Shown here in pieces: positions 39,209-48,213 of a DNA stretch of 64,000 bases. The position numbers and the translations under genes are program-made. The stretch lies in the NCBI GenBank assembly GCA_963744995.1, contig CAVUWA010000002.1, positions 576,001 through 640,000 on the forward strand, read 5' to 3'. This stretch comes from Candidatus Eiseniibacteriota bacterium. Its GTDB lineage: Bacteria; Eisenbacteria; RBG-16-71-46. Below the pieces are notes generated by a model that was not told where the DNA came from, ran no database searches, and worked only from the letters and a program-made list of their open reading frames with translations. How positions within the stretch are numbered: position 1 is the stretch's first letter; every line of letters starts with the position of its first letter.

Positions 39209-39925
39209 CTAGAGGTATGACGCCTTGATGGCGCCCCAGGTCAGCGTCTGAGTGGGATTCGGGTTATCGACCCCGGTGGGATGAACGCGTGCGGCGGGCG
39301 CCGCGCTGGATGCGGTCTCGTCCTCCCAGCGATCGATCCACCAGCGGGTCGAGTCCGGCCGCTCGCCCTGGGCGGCGAGGTCGGCGGGGATCGCGGCCGA
39401 GTCGCCACGCACGAAGAAGAACAGACCGGCACCCCTCACCTCGAGCAGGCTCTGCCCGCGGGTGATGCGCAGATTGACCTCCGCCCTGATTTCGCGGTGC
39501 CACTTCGGATCGTCGCCGGGCCGGCTGCTTGGAAAGTCCGTCAGCACGTTGGTGAAGTCGAGGCTGATCCGGTCGGCGGGCGGCTCGGGGCCACCGCCCG
39601 CGAACAGATGGGTGGCGGACAGCAGTTCGTCCTCGAGCATCCAGGGCCGATTCCGGAACCCGCTGCCCGCGGAGTCGGTTTCCGCGAACGCGAACACGAA
39701 GTCTTCGGAGAAGAGCCGGCTGAACAGCGCCAGGTCCCGATTTTCGTACGCGTACTTGAACGCCTGGAGGACGTGCACGGGCGTGTCGAGCGGCGGGGTC
39801 GACACGACCGCGGGGGCGTTGGGCGAGTGATGCGAACAGGCGGCCAGCCCGGTGGCGAGGAAAACCGCAGCGAGGCCGGCCAGCAGCGGTTGCCGCGCAC
39901 GATGGAGAACGGAGGCCCGTATCAT
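39209..39925 (-). CDS. Hypothetical lipoprotein with C-terminal TWGxIK motif
   Basis: Lipobox LAAC after a hydrophobic stretch; NTF2-like-looking N-terminal core; ends TWGAIKASYL. Confidence 0.8.
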   Translation of the reverse strand: MIRASVLHRARQPLLAGLAAVFLATGLAACSHHSPNAPAVVSTPPLDTPVHVLQAFKYAYENRDLALFSRLFSEDFVFAFAETDSAGSGFRNRPWMLEDELLSATHLFAGGGPEPPADRISLDFTNVLTDFPSSRPGDDPKWHREIRAEVNLRITRGQSLLEVRGAGLFFFVRGDSAAIPADLAAQGERPDSTRWWIDRWEDETASSAAPAARVHPTGVDNPNPTQTLTWGAIKASYL

Positions 39926-40079
39926 ACGTCGTATTGTACCCGCGGGCGGTCCCGCGGATCCCGAGAATCGCTTCCTCGCTCAACGAGCGGAGGCGGCGCC
40001 GTCGAAACCTCGCGGCCAGACCTTGCATCCCAAAGGGCATCCGCCCTCCGAACCCGTTCCTCCGCAAGGAGATGCACAC

Positions 40080-40658
40080 ATGGTCAAGACCCCCTCGCAG
40101 ATGCTGGATCTCGGCACGCCGCTGCCCCCGTTCTCGCTTCCCGACGCCGTGTCGGGGAGAACGATCGAGGATACCGCGCTCCAGGGCCATGCGACGGTGA
40201 TCATGTTCCTCTGCAACCACTGCCCGTTCGTCCAGCACGTGCTGGACGAACTGGGCAGGCTGGACGCCGAGTACACGCCCAGGGAGGTGACGTTCGTCGC
40301 GATCAACTCGAACGACCTCGCGGCCCATCCGGACGACGCGCCTGCTCACATGAAGGCGCTCGCGGTCGAGCGCGGCTGGACGTTTCCGTTCCTGTTCGAT
40401 GAGACGCAGGAGACGGCGAAGGCGTTCCACGCCGCCTGCACGCCCGACTTCTACGTGTTCGACGCCGCGCGGCGGCTGGTCTATCGCGGTCAGCTCGATG
40501 ACAGCCGCCCGGGGAACGGCATCCCCGTGACGGGGCACGACCTGCGCGCGGCGCTCGAGGCGGTTCTCGCGGGCCGGCCGGCGCCGGCCGGGCAGCGGCC
40601 GAGCGTCGGCTGCAACATCAAGTGGAAGGCCGGCAACGCGCCGGCCTGGTTCGGCTGA
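40080..40658 (+). CDS. Thioredoxin-fold redoxin (AhpC/TSA, PRX-like)
   Basis: CNHCPFV, ACTPDF, YRGQLDDSRP, GCNIKW; SD AAGGAG. Confidence 0.92.
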   Translation: MVKTPSQMLDLGTPLPPFSLPDAVSGRTIEDTALQGHATVIMFLCNHCPFVQHVLDELGRLDAEYTPREVTFVAINSNDLAAHPDDAPAHMKALAVERGWTFPFLFDETQETAKAFHAACTPDFYVFDAARRLVYRGQLDDSRPGNGIPVTGHDLRAALEAVLAGRPAPAGQRPSVGCNIKWKAGNAPAWFG

Positions 40659-40673
40659 GCGGGACGGCCGGCC

Positions 40674-41915
40674 CTACTCCCCGGACTCCATCCCCGCGGG
40701 CGTGCCGTGGTCCATGGCGGGGGCAGCGCCCGTCGTCGCGTCGCCCTGGACCGGGAGCGCCATGCCGAGCGCCTCGAACTCGGGGGTCGGCGCGCGCAGG
40801 AACAGGCCCGGGATCATCGTGTTGACGATCGTATAGACCACCAGCCCGCCGATCAGCCACGGCGGCGCGGCGAAGCGCTCGCGCAGAATGCTCACGAGCA
40901 CGAGCGTGAAGACCAGCGTGGGCAACAACGGCACGCTGATCCTGAGACTGTCCTTCCACGACTGCTCGTGCATCATGCGGCGCTGGAGGCTGACGAGGAA
41001 CACCCGGGCCGGAATGCCCAGCACGAGGAACACGGCGCCGGCGACCAGACCCTGCCAGCCGAAGTCCTCCGCCCGCAGGGTCAGCCCGGCGTGGAAGAAG
41101 TAGAACGGGACGAACAGCGAGGCGAAAGCCTCCACCGCGTGCAGCATCTTCTCGGACGCCATCGCCGGCAGGTGGGCCCGGAAGTTCTGTGCCGCCATGC
41201 CCACGACGAACGCGCCAACCAGATAATAGACGCCCAGCTCGCGCGTGATGATGGCGCACCCCACGGCGACCATGATGAGGAACGCGAACTCGGACTTGGG
41301 CGCGAACGGGCGGATCCGTTGCGCGAACCAGTGGAACACCAGCGGCAGGAGCGCGATCACCAGTCCGAGTACGATCGCCGACAACGTGAGACGCAGCGCG
41401 GTCTCGGACTGCAGCACGACGAACAGAACTCCCAGCGCGACGATCTCGGACGAGATCGCCTTGGAACGCACCCAGAATTCCTCCCGCTCGTTGAGGCCGA
41501 AGGCGTGCAGCGAGTCGAGGATGAACCCCGTGGACGGCGTGAGCAGCGCGAGCGCCACCAGCGCCGCGGCGCGCGGGCCGAGGCCCGTGAAGCGCCACAC
41601 CAGCCAGGCGACCGCGGCGAGCGACAGCAGGCGGAAAGCCAGATGCACGATCAGGGGGACGGCGGCCTTGCGCAGCTGCGGCAGCTCGACCTCGAGGCCG
41701 GCGAACAGGAACAGCGAGACGATGCCGAACGTGGAGAGCAGCTCGACCGTCGGGTCGTGCGCGAACATCCCCACGGTGAGCGCGAGCCCCACGCCGAGGG
41801 CGAAGCTGGTGATCGCGGTGGGGATGTGCCAGCGCTGCAGCATCCGCGGCAGGATGAACAGCGCGAACAGCAGCGCGATGTAGCTGAATTCGGCTGTGAA
41901 CGTCGGCAGTGTCAT
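40674..41915 (-). CDS. Cation:proton antiporter (CPA2/Kef-like, no TrkA domain)
   Basis: About 12 hydrophobic segments; LFLFAGLE, GAFVVG, FVPFYFFHAG. Confidence 0.85.
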   Translation of the reverse strand: MTLPTFTAEFSYIALLFALFILPRMLQRWHIPTAITSFALGVGLALTVGMFAHDPTVELLSTFGIVSLFLFAGLEVELPQLRKAAVPLIVHLAFRLLSLAAVAWLVWRFTGLGPRAAALVALALLTPSTGFILDSLHAFGLNEREEFWVRSKAISSEIVALGVLFVVLQSETALRLTLSAIVLGLVIALLPLVFHWFAQRIRPFAPKSEFAFLIMVAVGCAIITRELGVYYLVGAFVVGMAAQNFRAHLPAMASEKMLHAVEAFASLFVPFYFFHAGLTLRAEDFGWQGLVAGAVFLVLGIPARVFLVSLQRRMMHEQSWKDSLRISVPLLPTLVFTLVLVSILRERFAAPPWLIGGLVVYTIVNTMIPGLFLRAPTPEFEALGMALPVQGDATTGAAPAMDHGTPAGMESGE

Positions 41916-42025
41916 GGGCGCGGATCCTAACCGCGACCCCGCGGCATGTCACTGCGGCGTGCAGCCGGGTGAGGCGCCGGGCCCCCGCGGTCGCGCGCAC
42001 CCCCGCCAGCCGTTATGCTGCCGCC

Positions 42026-42397
42026 ATGCGATGGGGCACGATCGGAGCGATCTCTGCGGCGCTGGCGGTGATCGCGGGCGCGTTCGGAACGCACGGCCTG
42101 CGCGGGCGTCTCGAACCCGACATGCTGGCGGTGTTCGAAACCGGCGCCCGGTATCAGATGTATCACGCGCTTGCGATGATCGCGGCCGGGTTCGCCGCGG
42201 CGCGCGGCGGGCGCGTGGCGGGCGTCGCGGGCGGGCTGTTCCTCGCCGGCACGGTGCTGTTCTCGGGCAGCCTCTACGCGCTCGCGCTCACCGGCGTGCG
42301 GGCGTTCGGCGCGATCACGCCGATCGGCGGACTGTGTTTCATCATGGGCTGGGTCGCGCTGGCGATCGCGCTGGCCGCCTCCGGACGACGGAGTTGA
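42026..42397 (+). CDS. DUF423 (YgdD/TMEM256) membrane protein
   Basis: GAFGTHGL, YQMYHALA, LFSGSLY, ITPIGG. Confidence 0.93.
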   Translation: MRWGTIGAISAALAVIAGAFGTHGLRGRLEPDMLAVFETGARYQMYHALAMIAAGFAAARGGRVAGVAGGLFLAGTVLFSGSLYALALTGVRAFGAITPIGGLCFIMGWVALAIALAASGRRS

Positions 42398-42437
42398 GCG
42401 CCGTGCGCCGCGTGCTTCGCCCGGAATCCCCTGCCGC

Positions 42438-43016
42438 GTGACGCCCGCCGCGAATCACGCCGACCGCGCCCGCGCGCGCGCGCTGCTCTCGCTCGCACTG
42501 CGGCGCCCGGCGAGCCCGTTCGCCGATCCGCCGCCGCGCGTGCTGATCGTCGATTTCGACCGCCAGCAGCTCTACCTCACCGAGCACGGGGAGGCAGTGA
42601 CCTGCTATCCGGTATCCACCGCCGCGGCGCTCGGCGGCCGCGAGCACTCGAATCTCACGCCGCCGGGCTGGCATCGGGTGCAGCGCGCGATCGGGGCCGG
42701 CGCGCCGGAGGGCACGGTGTTCGAGAGTCGCGAGCCGACCGGCCGCGAGTGGCACGGCGAGCCGGAGGACGCGGACCTGATCCTCACGCGCATCCTCACC
42801 CTGGAAGGGCTCGAGGAAGGGGTCAACCGCGGGCCCGGGGTGGATTCGCTGGAGCGCTACATCTACATCCACGGCACCAATCACCTCGCGCGCCTCGGTG
42901 AGCCGGCCTCGCACGGCTGCGTGCGGATGGCGGGCGCCGACGTGATCGACCTCTTCGGCCGCGTCGCCGCGGGCGATCCGGTGGTGATCCTCGGCGGGGT
43001 CGGCCCCGTTGCCTGA
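42438..43016 (+). CDS. YkuD-family L,D-transpeptidase/carboxypeptidase, no evident signal peptide (ElsL-like)
   Basis: YIYIHGT...SHGCVRM catalytic motif; ILTRILTLEGLEEGVNRG segment. Confidence 0.88.
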   Translation: MTPAANHADRARARALLSLALRRPASPFADPPPRVLIVDFDRQQLYLTEHGEAVTCYPVSTAAALGGREHSNLTPPGWHRVQRAIGAGAPEGTVFESREPTGREWHGEPEDADLILTRILTLEGLEEGVNRGPGVDSLERYIYIHGTNHLARLGEPASHGCVRMAGADVIDLFGRVAAGDPVVILGGVGPVA

Positions 43017-44445
43017 GCCGCCGCCGCGCCCGGGCACGGAGGCGGAAGCGGCCGCCGCCGGTGAGGCCGCGATCCCCGATCCGCGCGGGCCGGGTCGGTT
43101 CTTCTACGCCGGCCTCGGGGGCAGCGGCATGAGCGCGCTCGCCCAGTTCCAGGTGATGATCGGCGGCCGCGCGAGCGGTAGCGACCGCGCCTTCGATCAC
43201 GGCGAGCGCGGCGCGGCGCGCGGCATGCTCGAGCGGCTCGGTATCACCGTCCACCCTCAGGACGGCAGCGGCCTTACGCAGGAGGTTGCCGCGCTGGTCG
43301 TGTCGACCGCGGTCGAGGACACGGTGCCCGACGTCGCCGCGGCCAGGCGGCTCGGCATTCCGATCGTGCATCGCTCTCACCTGCTCGCGCATTTCGTCGC
43401 GCGCTTCCGCACGATCGCCGTCGCCGGCACCAGCGGCAAGTCCACGGTCGTCGCGATGATCTTCGAGATCCTGCGCGGTACCGGGCGGCGACCGTCGGTG
43501 ATCACCGGTGGCGACCTCGTCGCGCTTCGCGAGGCGGGGCTCTGGGGCAACGCGTTCCACGGCGGCTCGGACCTGCTGGTGGTCGAGGCCGACGAAAGCG
43601 ACGGCTCGCTGGTGCGCTATCGGCCGGCCGTGGCGGTGATCCTCAACCTGCAGAAGGACCACGCGGAAATGGAGAAGGTCCACGCCATGTTCGCGACGTT
43701 TCGCGAACGTGCGCGCGAGCGGGTGGTGACCGGCGAAGGGGCGAGTCTCGCGCGACTCTCCCGCGGCGCCGTCGTGTTCGGCTTCGGCGCCGACGCACAC
43801 GTGCGCGCCGACGGGATGGCGCTCGAGGCGGACAGCAGTCGCTTCTTCGTGGACGGCGTCGAGTTCCGGCTGCCGGTCCCGGGCCGCTACAACGTGGAGA
43901 ACGCGCTCGCCGCGATCGCCGCGTGCCGCGCGGTGGGCGTCGCGCTCGAAGACATGGCCGCGCCGCTCGCCGCATTCCAGGGCGTCGGCCGCCGTTTCCA
44001 GTCGCTCGGCGTCGTGCGCGGCGTCGAGGTGATCGACGATTTCGCGCACAACCCGGCCAAGATCTGCGCGGCGATCGAGACCGCCCGGCGCCGCGCCGCG
44101 CGCGTGATCGCCGTGTTCCAGCCGCACGGCTACGGGCCGACGCGCTTTCTGTGGTACGACTTCGTCGAGGCGTTCGCCACCGCGCTCGGCCCCGCCGACC
44201 GTCTGTGGATGCTGGAGGTGTTCTACGCCGGCGGCTCGGCCCGGCGGGATTTCTCCGCCGCCGACATCGTCGCCGACATCGCGGCGCGCGGGGTTCGTGC
44301 GGCGTTCGCGCCGTCGCGCGCAGGGCTCGCCGCACGCATCGCCGCGGAGGCCGAAGCGGGCGACCTGGTGATCGTCATGGGCGCACGCGACCCGAGCCTG
44401 ACCGACTTCGCACGCGAAATCCTGGCCGCACTCGCGTCCGCCTGA
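43009..44445 (+). CDS. Mur ligase, MurC/Mpl family
   Basis: GLGGSGMS, AVAGTSGKST P-loop, VEADESDGS, GVGRRF, DDFAHNP, FQPH. Confidence 0.9.
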   Translation: MPEPPPRPGTEAEAAAAGEAAIPDPRGPGRFFYAGLGGSGMSALAQFQVMIGGRASGSDRAFDHGERGAARGMLERLGITVHPQDGSGLTQEVAALVVSTAVEDTVPDVAAARRLGIPIVHRSHLLAHFVARFRTIAVAGTSGKSTVVAMIFEILRGTGRRPSVITGGDLVALREAGLWGNAFHGGSDLLVVEADESDGSLVRYRPAVAVILNLQKDHAEMEKVHAMFATFRERARERVVTGEGASLARLSRGAVVFGFGADAHVRADGMALEADSSRFFVDGVEFRLPVPGRYNVENALAAIAACRAVGVALEDMAAPLAAFQGVGRRFQSLGVVRGVEVIDDFAHNPAKICAAIETARRRAARVIAVFQPHGYGPTRFLWYDFVEAFATALGPADRLWMLEVFYAGGSARRDFSAADIVADIAARGVRAAFAPSRAGLAARIAAEAEAGDLVIVMGARDPSLTDFAREILAALASA

Positions 44446-44494
44446 GACGCGCATCCGACGGCGCATGCCGCCGCCACCCAGAAGGAGCATGGCC

Positions 44495-45445
44495 ATGGCC
44501 GAACTGCACGTCGTCTTCGGCGCCGGACAGGTGGGCGAGCCGCTCGCCCGGCGCCTGCTGGAGGCGGGACGCCGCGTCCGCATCGCGAAGCGCTCACCGA
44601 CGTCCGCCGTGCCCGGCGCGGAAGTCGTGCCCGGCGACGCTACCGACCCCGTGTTCTGCACGCAGGCGGCGGAAGGCGCGGCCGCCGTCTACCACTGCAT
44701 GAATCCACCGGCCTACGACTCGAAGCTCTGGGCCGAGTTCCTGCCGCGCACCATGGAGAACCTGATCGCCGCGGCGGGTGCGGCCGGGGCGCGACTGGTG
44801 GTGCTCGACAACCTCTACATGCTCGGGAAGCCGGACGGCAAGCCGCTCGACGAAGAGCGGCCGATGAACCCGTGCAGCCGCAAGGGTGCGATCCGTGCGC
44901 GCGTCGCGGAGCGGTTGTTCGCGGCGCACGCGAAAGGGGAGGTGCAGGCGGTGTCGGGACGCGCGTCCGACTACTACGGGCCCAACGCGCGGCTCGCGTT
45001 CATGGGCGACTACTTCTGGCCGGACGTGCTCGCCGGGAAGACGGTACGCGTGCCGGTGGGCCCGGACGCGGTGCACACGTACCACTACGTCCCGGACGTC
45101 GTGGAAGGATTGATGGCGCTCGGCACCGCCGGGAGCGACGTCTGCGGGCGCCCGTGGATGCTGCCGTGCGCGCCGGCGGTCTCATTGCGCGAGCACGTGA
45201 AGCGCTTCGAGAAGCATCTCGGCCGGCCCATCGAGCTCGGCCGGGTGCCGGACTGGATCATGAACGCGATGGCGCTCTTCATGCCGCTGCTGCGCGAGAT
45301 GGCGGAAATGCGCTACCAGTGGGAAGAGCCGTTCGTCGTGGACGACCGCCGCTTCCGCGAGCGCTTCGGCGCACGGCCCGCCGACGTCGACGAGGCGGCG
45401 CGGACGACGGTCGCATGGGCGCAGCGGCACTACGCCCGGGCCTGA
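44495..45445 (+). CDS. NAD-dependent epimerase/dehydratase family (atypical SDR)
   Basis: HVVFGAGQVG, DNLYMLG, RASDYYGP; start chosen 7 nt after AAGGAG. Confidence 0.88.
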   Translation: MAELHVVFGAGQVGEPLARRLLEAGRRVRIAKRSPTSAVPGAEVVPGDATDPVFCTQAAEGAAAVYHCMNPPAYDSKLWAEFLPRTMENLIAAAGAAGARLVVLDNLYMLGKPDGKPLDEERPMNPCSRKGAIRARVAERLFAAHAKGEVQAVSGRASDYYGPNARLAFMGDYFWPDVLAGKTVRVPVGPDAVHTYHYVPDVVEGLMALGTAGSDVCGRPWMLPCAPAVSLREHVKRFEKHLGRPIELGRVPDWIMNAMALFMPLLREMAEMRYQWEEPFVVDDRRFRERFGARPADVDEAARTTVAWAQRHYARA

Positions 45446-45455
45446 TTCCTCGCGG

Positions 45456-48113
45456 CTATTGCGGCGTCAGCGCCGCCCGCCAGTTCTGGACGATCGTAAA
45501 GGGGTTCTGCTGCTGCCCCGCGGCGGGCCCGAGGGCGGCGTAGATCCGGTCCAGGTTCGCGTTGACGTCCCCCTGTTCGATGCGGCGCTGTTCCTCCGTC
45601 TGCGGTCCCGTCGCCAGGGGCGTGACGCGCTCGACCCGCACGCCGTCGTCGAACGACAGATGCGCGACCGCGGGCGGACCCTCCGGGGAGAAGAAGACGA
45701 TCCGGCGGCCGGTCGCATCCCACAGGTTGTTCATGTTGCTCGTGTTGGACACCAGATAGCGTGGCCCGGGCGTCGGAAACGCCTGGACGTAGAGCTGCGG
45801 ACGGCCGGCTTCGAGGGTCACGTACGACATCCAGCGACCGTCCGGCGAGACCTGGCCGCCGAACTCGTCGTAGGCACTGCCGGCGTAGACTCTCGCCTCG
45901 CCCTCGCCGTCTGCGGCGAGGATCCACAGATCCCAGCCGGTCTTCTCGCTCAGGATCTGGGCGACCACGTAGCGGCCATCGGGGGACCAGGAATTGGCGG
46001 CCTTCACGGTCGCCACGGGACTCTCCAGCACGCGTGCCGGGCCGCCGTTCGGCGACTGCGTCACGATCTCCCACCGATCGTTGACGATCGCGGGGTAGGC
46101 GAGCATGGCGCCGTCGGCCGACCATGCCGCCCGGTCCAGACCCGCGTTCGGTTCGGTGAGCCGCTGCGCTCCGCCGCGATCGAGATCGATGACCCAGAGC
46201 TCCCACTCGCTCGGCGCCGTCTCCCGCACGGCGGCGAGCCGCGTTTCGTCCGGGGACACCGTGAGCGCCGTGTAGTGGCCCGATGGCGCGGAGATCGTCC
46301 GCAGCCGGTGTCCTGCACGATCCAGCACCACGAGCTCGGTGTTCTGCAGCCCGCCGCTCTGGTAGGCCAGCGGCCCCGCGCGCGACACCAAGACCCGCGA
46401 TGCGCCCAGGTAGTTCGTGGTCGCGGGCTGATCCACGAGCTTCATGACCTGCTCGCCGAGCCTGCGCCTCGCGGCGTCGAAATGTTGCGCGAGCACGCGC
46501 CCGTGACGCGTGTAGACGAGCCAGCCGGGCTCGGCGTAGCGCGGCACACCGTCCGCGGACATCAGGAACTCGCGGGTCTTCCCGCCGGTCGAGCCCACGT
46601 AGATATCGAAACCCGCTGCGCGCTTCGGCAGGGCGGCGTAAAGGAAATGTACGCCGTCCGGCAGAAACTCGGGGAAGCGGTGCGCGGTTTCCGCCGAGTC
46701 CAGCGTCGTGACCGCTCTGGCGGGTCCGCCGTTCGCGTCCACCTCGTAGAGCGGTCCTTCGCCCGACGGCGCGAAGACGATGACGCCGCGGCTGCCCCAG
46801 CTGATGCCGCGGCCGCCGCTGCGGGCGTCGGCCAGCGTCTGGGGCGCGCCGCCCTGCAGGTCCAGGCGCATGAGCTTCTCGTTGTTCGCGTAGGCGATCG
46901 ACCTGCCATCCGGCGACCACGCCGGGATCTGCGCCTGCCCGGTACCCGGCAGGCGGCGGGCCACGGTCTGATCGAGCCCCTGCACCCACAGCGCGGCGGG
47001 GCCGCTCGAGTCGAAGCACGAGAAGGCGATCATGCGGCCATCGGGGGAGAGGCTTGCGAAGGCGGGCTCGCGCAGCTGCGTCAGACCGGCGGGCGGCAGG
47101 AGGCTCAGGCGCGTGACCGGCGCGTCGGCCGGCGGGGTGGCCATCAGGCGCCAGGCGAGCGCGACGCTGGTCACGGCGAACAGCGCAGCCAGCGCCCAGG
47201 CCAGCACGGGCCGCCGTCTCGCGGCCGCCGCGGCAGCGATCCCGCCGATGCCCGAGATCGGCTCGTGCGGCGCCTCGAGGGCAAGCCGCGCCTCGCCGAT
47301 GTCGCGCAGGCGGCGCTTCGCGTCCTTCTCGAGGCAGCGCTCGAGCAGCGCGCGCACCCTCGGCGGCGTGTCCGCGGGCAGGGCCTTCCAGTCGGGCGCG
47401 CCCTGCAGTATGAGCGCGATCAAGTCCGACACCGTCTCGCCCTCGAACGCGCGCCGGCCCGTCAGGCACTCGTACAGCACGCAGCCGAACGACCAGATGT
47501 CCGTGCGCCGGTCCACCGCCCTGCCGCGCGCCTGCTCGGGACTCATGTAGGCCGCCGTGCCGAGGATCACGCCCGCGCCGGTCGCGGTCACGGCCATGGT
47601 GGGGGACTGGCTGAGGTCGCTCACCGAGGACGCGCTCGCCGCCGCACCCTTGGCGAGACCGAAGTCCAGGACCTTCACTTCGCCGGTCGGTGTGATCTTC
47701 ACGTTGCCGGGCTTCAGGTCGCGGTGCACGACGCCCGACTCATGCGCGACCTCGAGCGCCGCGGCGGTCTGGCGGCAGATCTCCGCCGTGTCGTCGACGG
47801 GGATCGCGCCGCGCGCGATGCGGTCCGCCAGCGTCTCGCCCGGGACGTACTCGAGCACCAGGTAGCGCTGGCCGTCCTGCTCTTCGAGGCCGTGGATGCC
47901 GGCGATGTTGGGGTGCGAGAGCGACGCCAGCAGGCGGGCTTCGCGCTCGAAGCGCTGCACGCGCTCGGGGTCGCGCGCGAACAGCTCGGGCAGCGCCTTG
48001 ATCGCGACTTCGCGGCCGAGGCGTGGATCGCGACCGAGGTAGACCACGCCCATGCCGCCGCGGCCGATCTCGCGCTCGACCGTGTAGGGGCCGATACGGG
48101 AAGGCGCGCTCAC
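45456..48113 (-). CDS. Hanks-type Ser/Thr protein kinase with TM helix and TolB/PD40-like beta-propeller repeats
   Basis: GRGGMG, VAIK, HRDLKPGN, DFG, YMSPEQ; TM segment; repeated (W/L/V)SPDGR. Confidence 0.95.
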   Translation of the reverse strand: MSAPSRIGPYTVEREIGRGGMGVVYLGRDPRLGREVAIKALPELFARDPERVQRFEREARLLASLSHPNIAGIHGLEEQDGQRYLVLEYVPGETLADRIARGAIPVDDTAEICRQTAAALEVAHESGVVHRDLKPGNVKITPTGEVKVLDFGLAKGAAASASSVSDLSQSPTMAVTATGAGVILGTAAYMSPEQARGRAVDRRTDIWSFGCVLYECLTGRRAFEGETVSDLIALILQGAPDWKALPADTPPRVRALLERCLEKDAKRRLRDIGEARLALEAPHEPISGIGGIAAAAAARRRPVLAWALAALFAVTSVALAWRLMATPPADAPVTRLSLLPPAGLTQLREPAFASLSPDGRMIAFSCFDSSGPAALWVQGLDQTVARRLPGTGQAQIPAWSPDGRSIAYANNEKLMRLDLQGGAPQTLADARSGGRGISWGSRGVIVFAPSGEGPLYEVDANGGPARAVTTLDSAETAHRFPEFLPDGVHFLYAALPKRAAGFDIYVGSTGGKTREFLMSADGVPRYAEPGWLVYTRHGRVLAQHFDAARRRLGEQVMKLVDQPATTNYLGASRVLVSRAGPLAYQSGGLQNTELVVLDRAGHRLRTISAPSGHYTALTVSPDETRLAAVRETAPSEWELWVIDLDRGGAQRLTEPNAGLDRAAWSADGAMLAYPAIVNDRWEIVTQSPNGGPARVLESPVATVKAANSWSPDGRYVVAQILSEKTGWDLWILAADGEGEARVYAGSAYDEFGGQVSPDGRWMSYVTLEAGRPQLYVQAFPTPGPRYLVSNTSNMNNLWDATGRRIVFFSPEGPPAVAHLSFDDGVRVERVTPLATGPQTEEQRRIEQGDVNANLDRIYAALGPAAGQQQNPFTIVQNWRAALTPQ

Positions 48114-48154
48114 GAGGGGAAGACCGGGGCGGCCGGGTGCGGGGAACGAAGCAT
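48110..48154 (-). CDS. Putative leaderless 14-aa upstream ORF (MLRSPHPAAPVFPS)
   Basis: ATG 7 nt after TAGGAT; TGA overlaps the kinase GTG (GTGA); equivalent uORF at 50868-50912. Confidence 0.5.
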   Translation of the reverse strand: MLRSPHPAAPVFPS

Positions 48155-48175
48155 GCGCGGCATCCTACCGCAGAT
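48147..48175 (-). repeat. 29-bp exact direct repeat (promoter block), copy 1
   Basis: CGAAGCATGCGCGGCATCCTACCGCAGAT identical at 50905-50933; reads TGCGG-TAGGAT-N7-ATG on the minus strand. Confidence 0.9.
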
Positions 48176-48213
48176 CCGCGGCACGAGGCGACGCCGCGAG
48201 CCGCGCACCCCGC

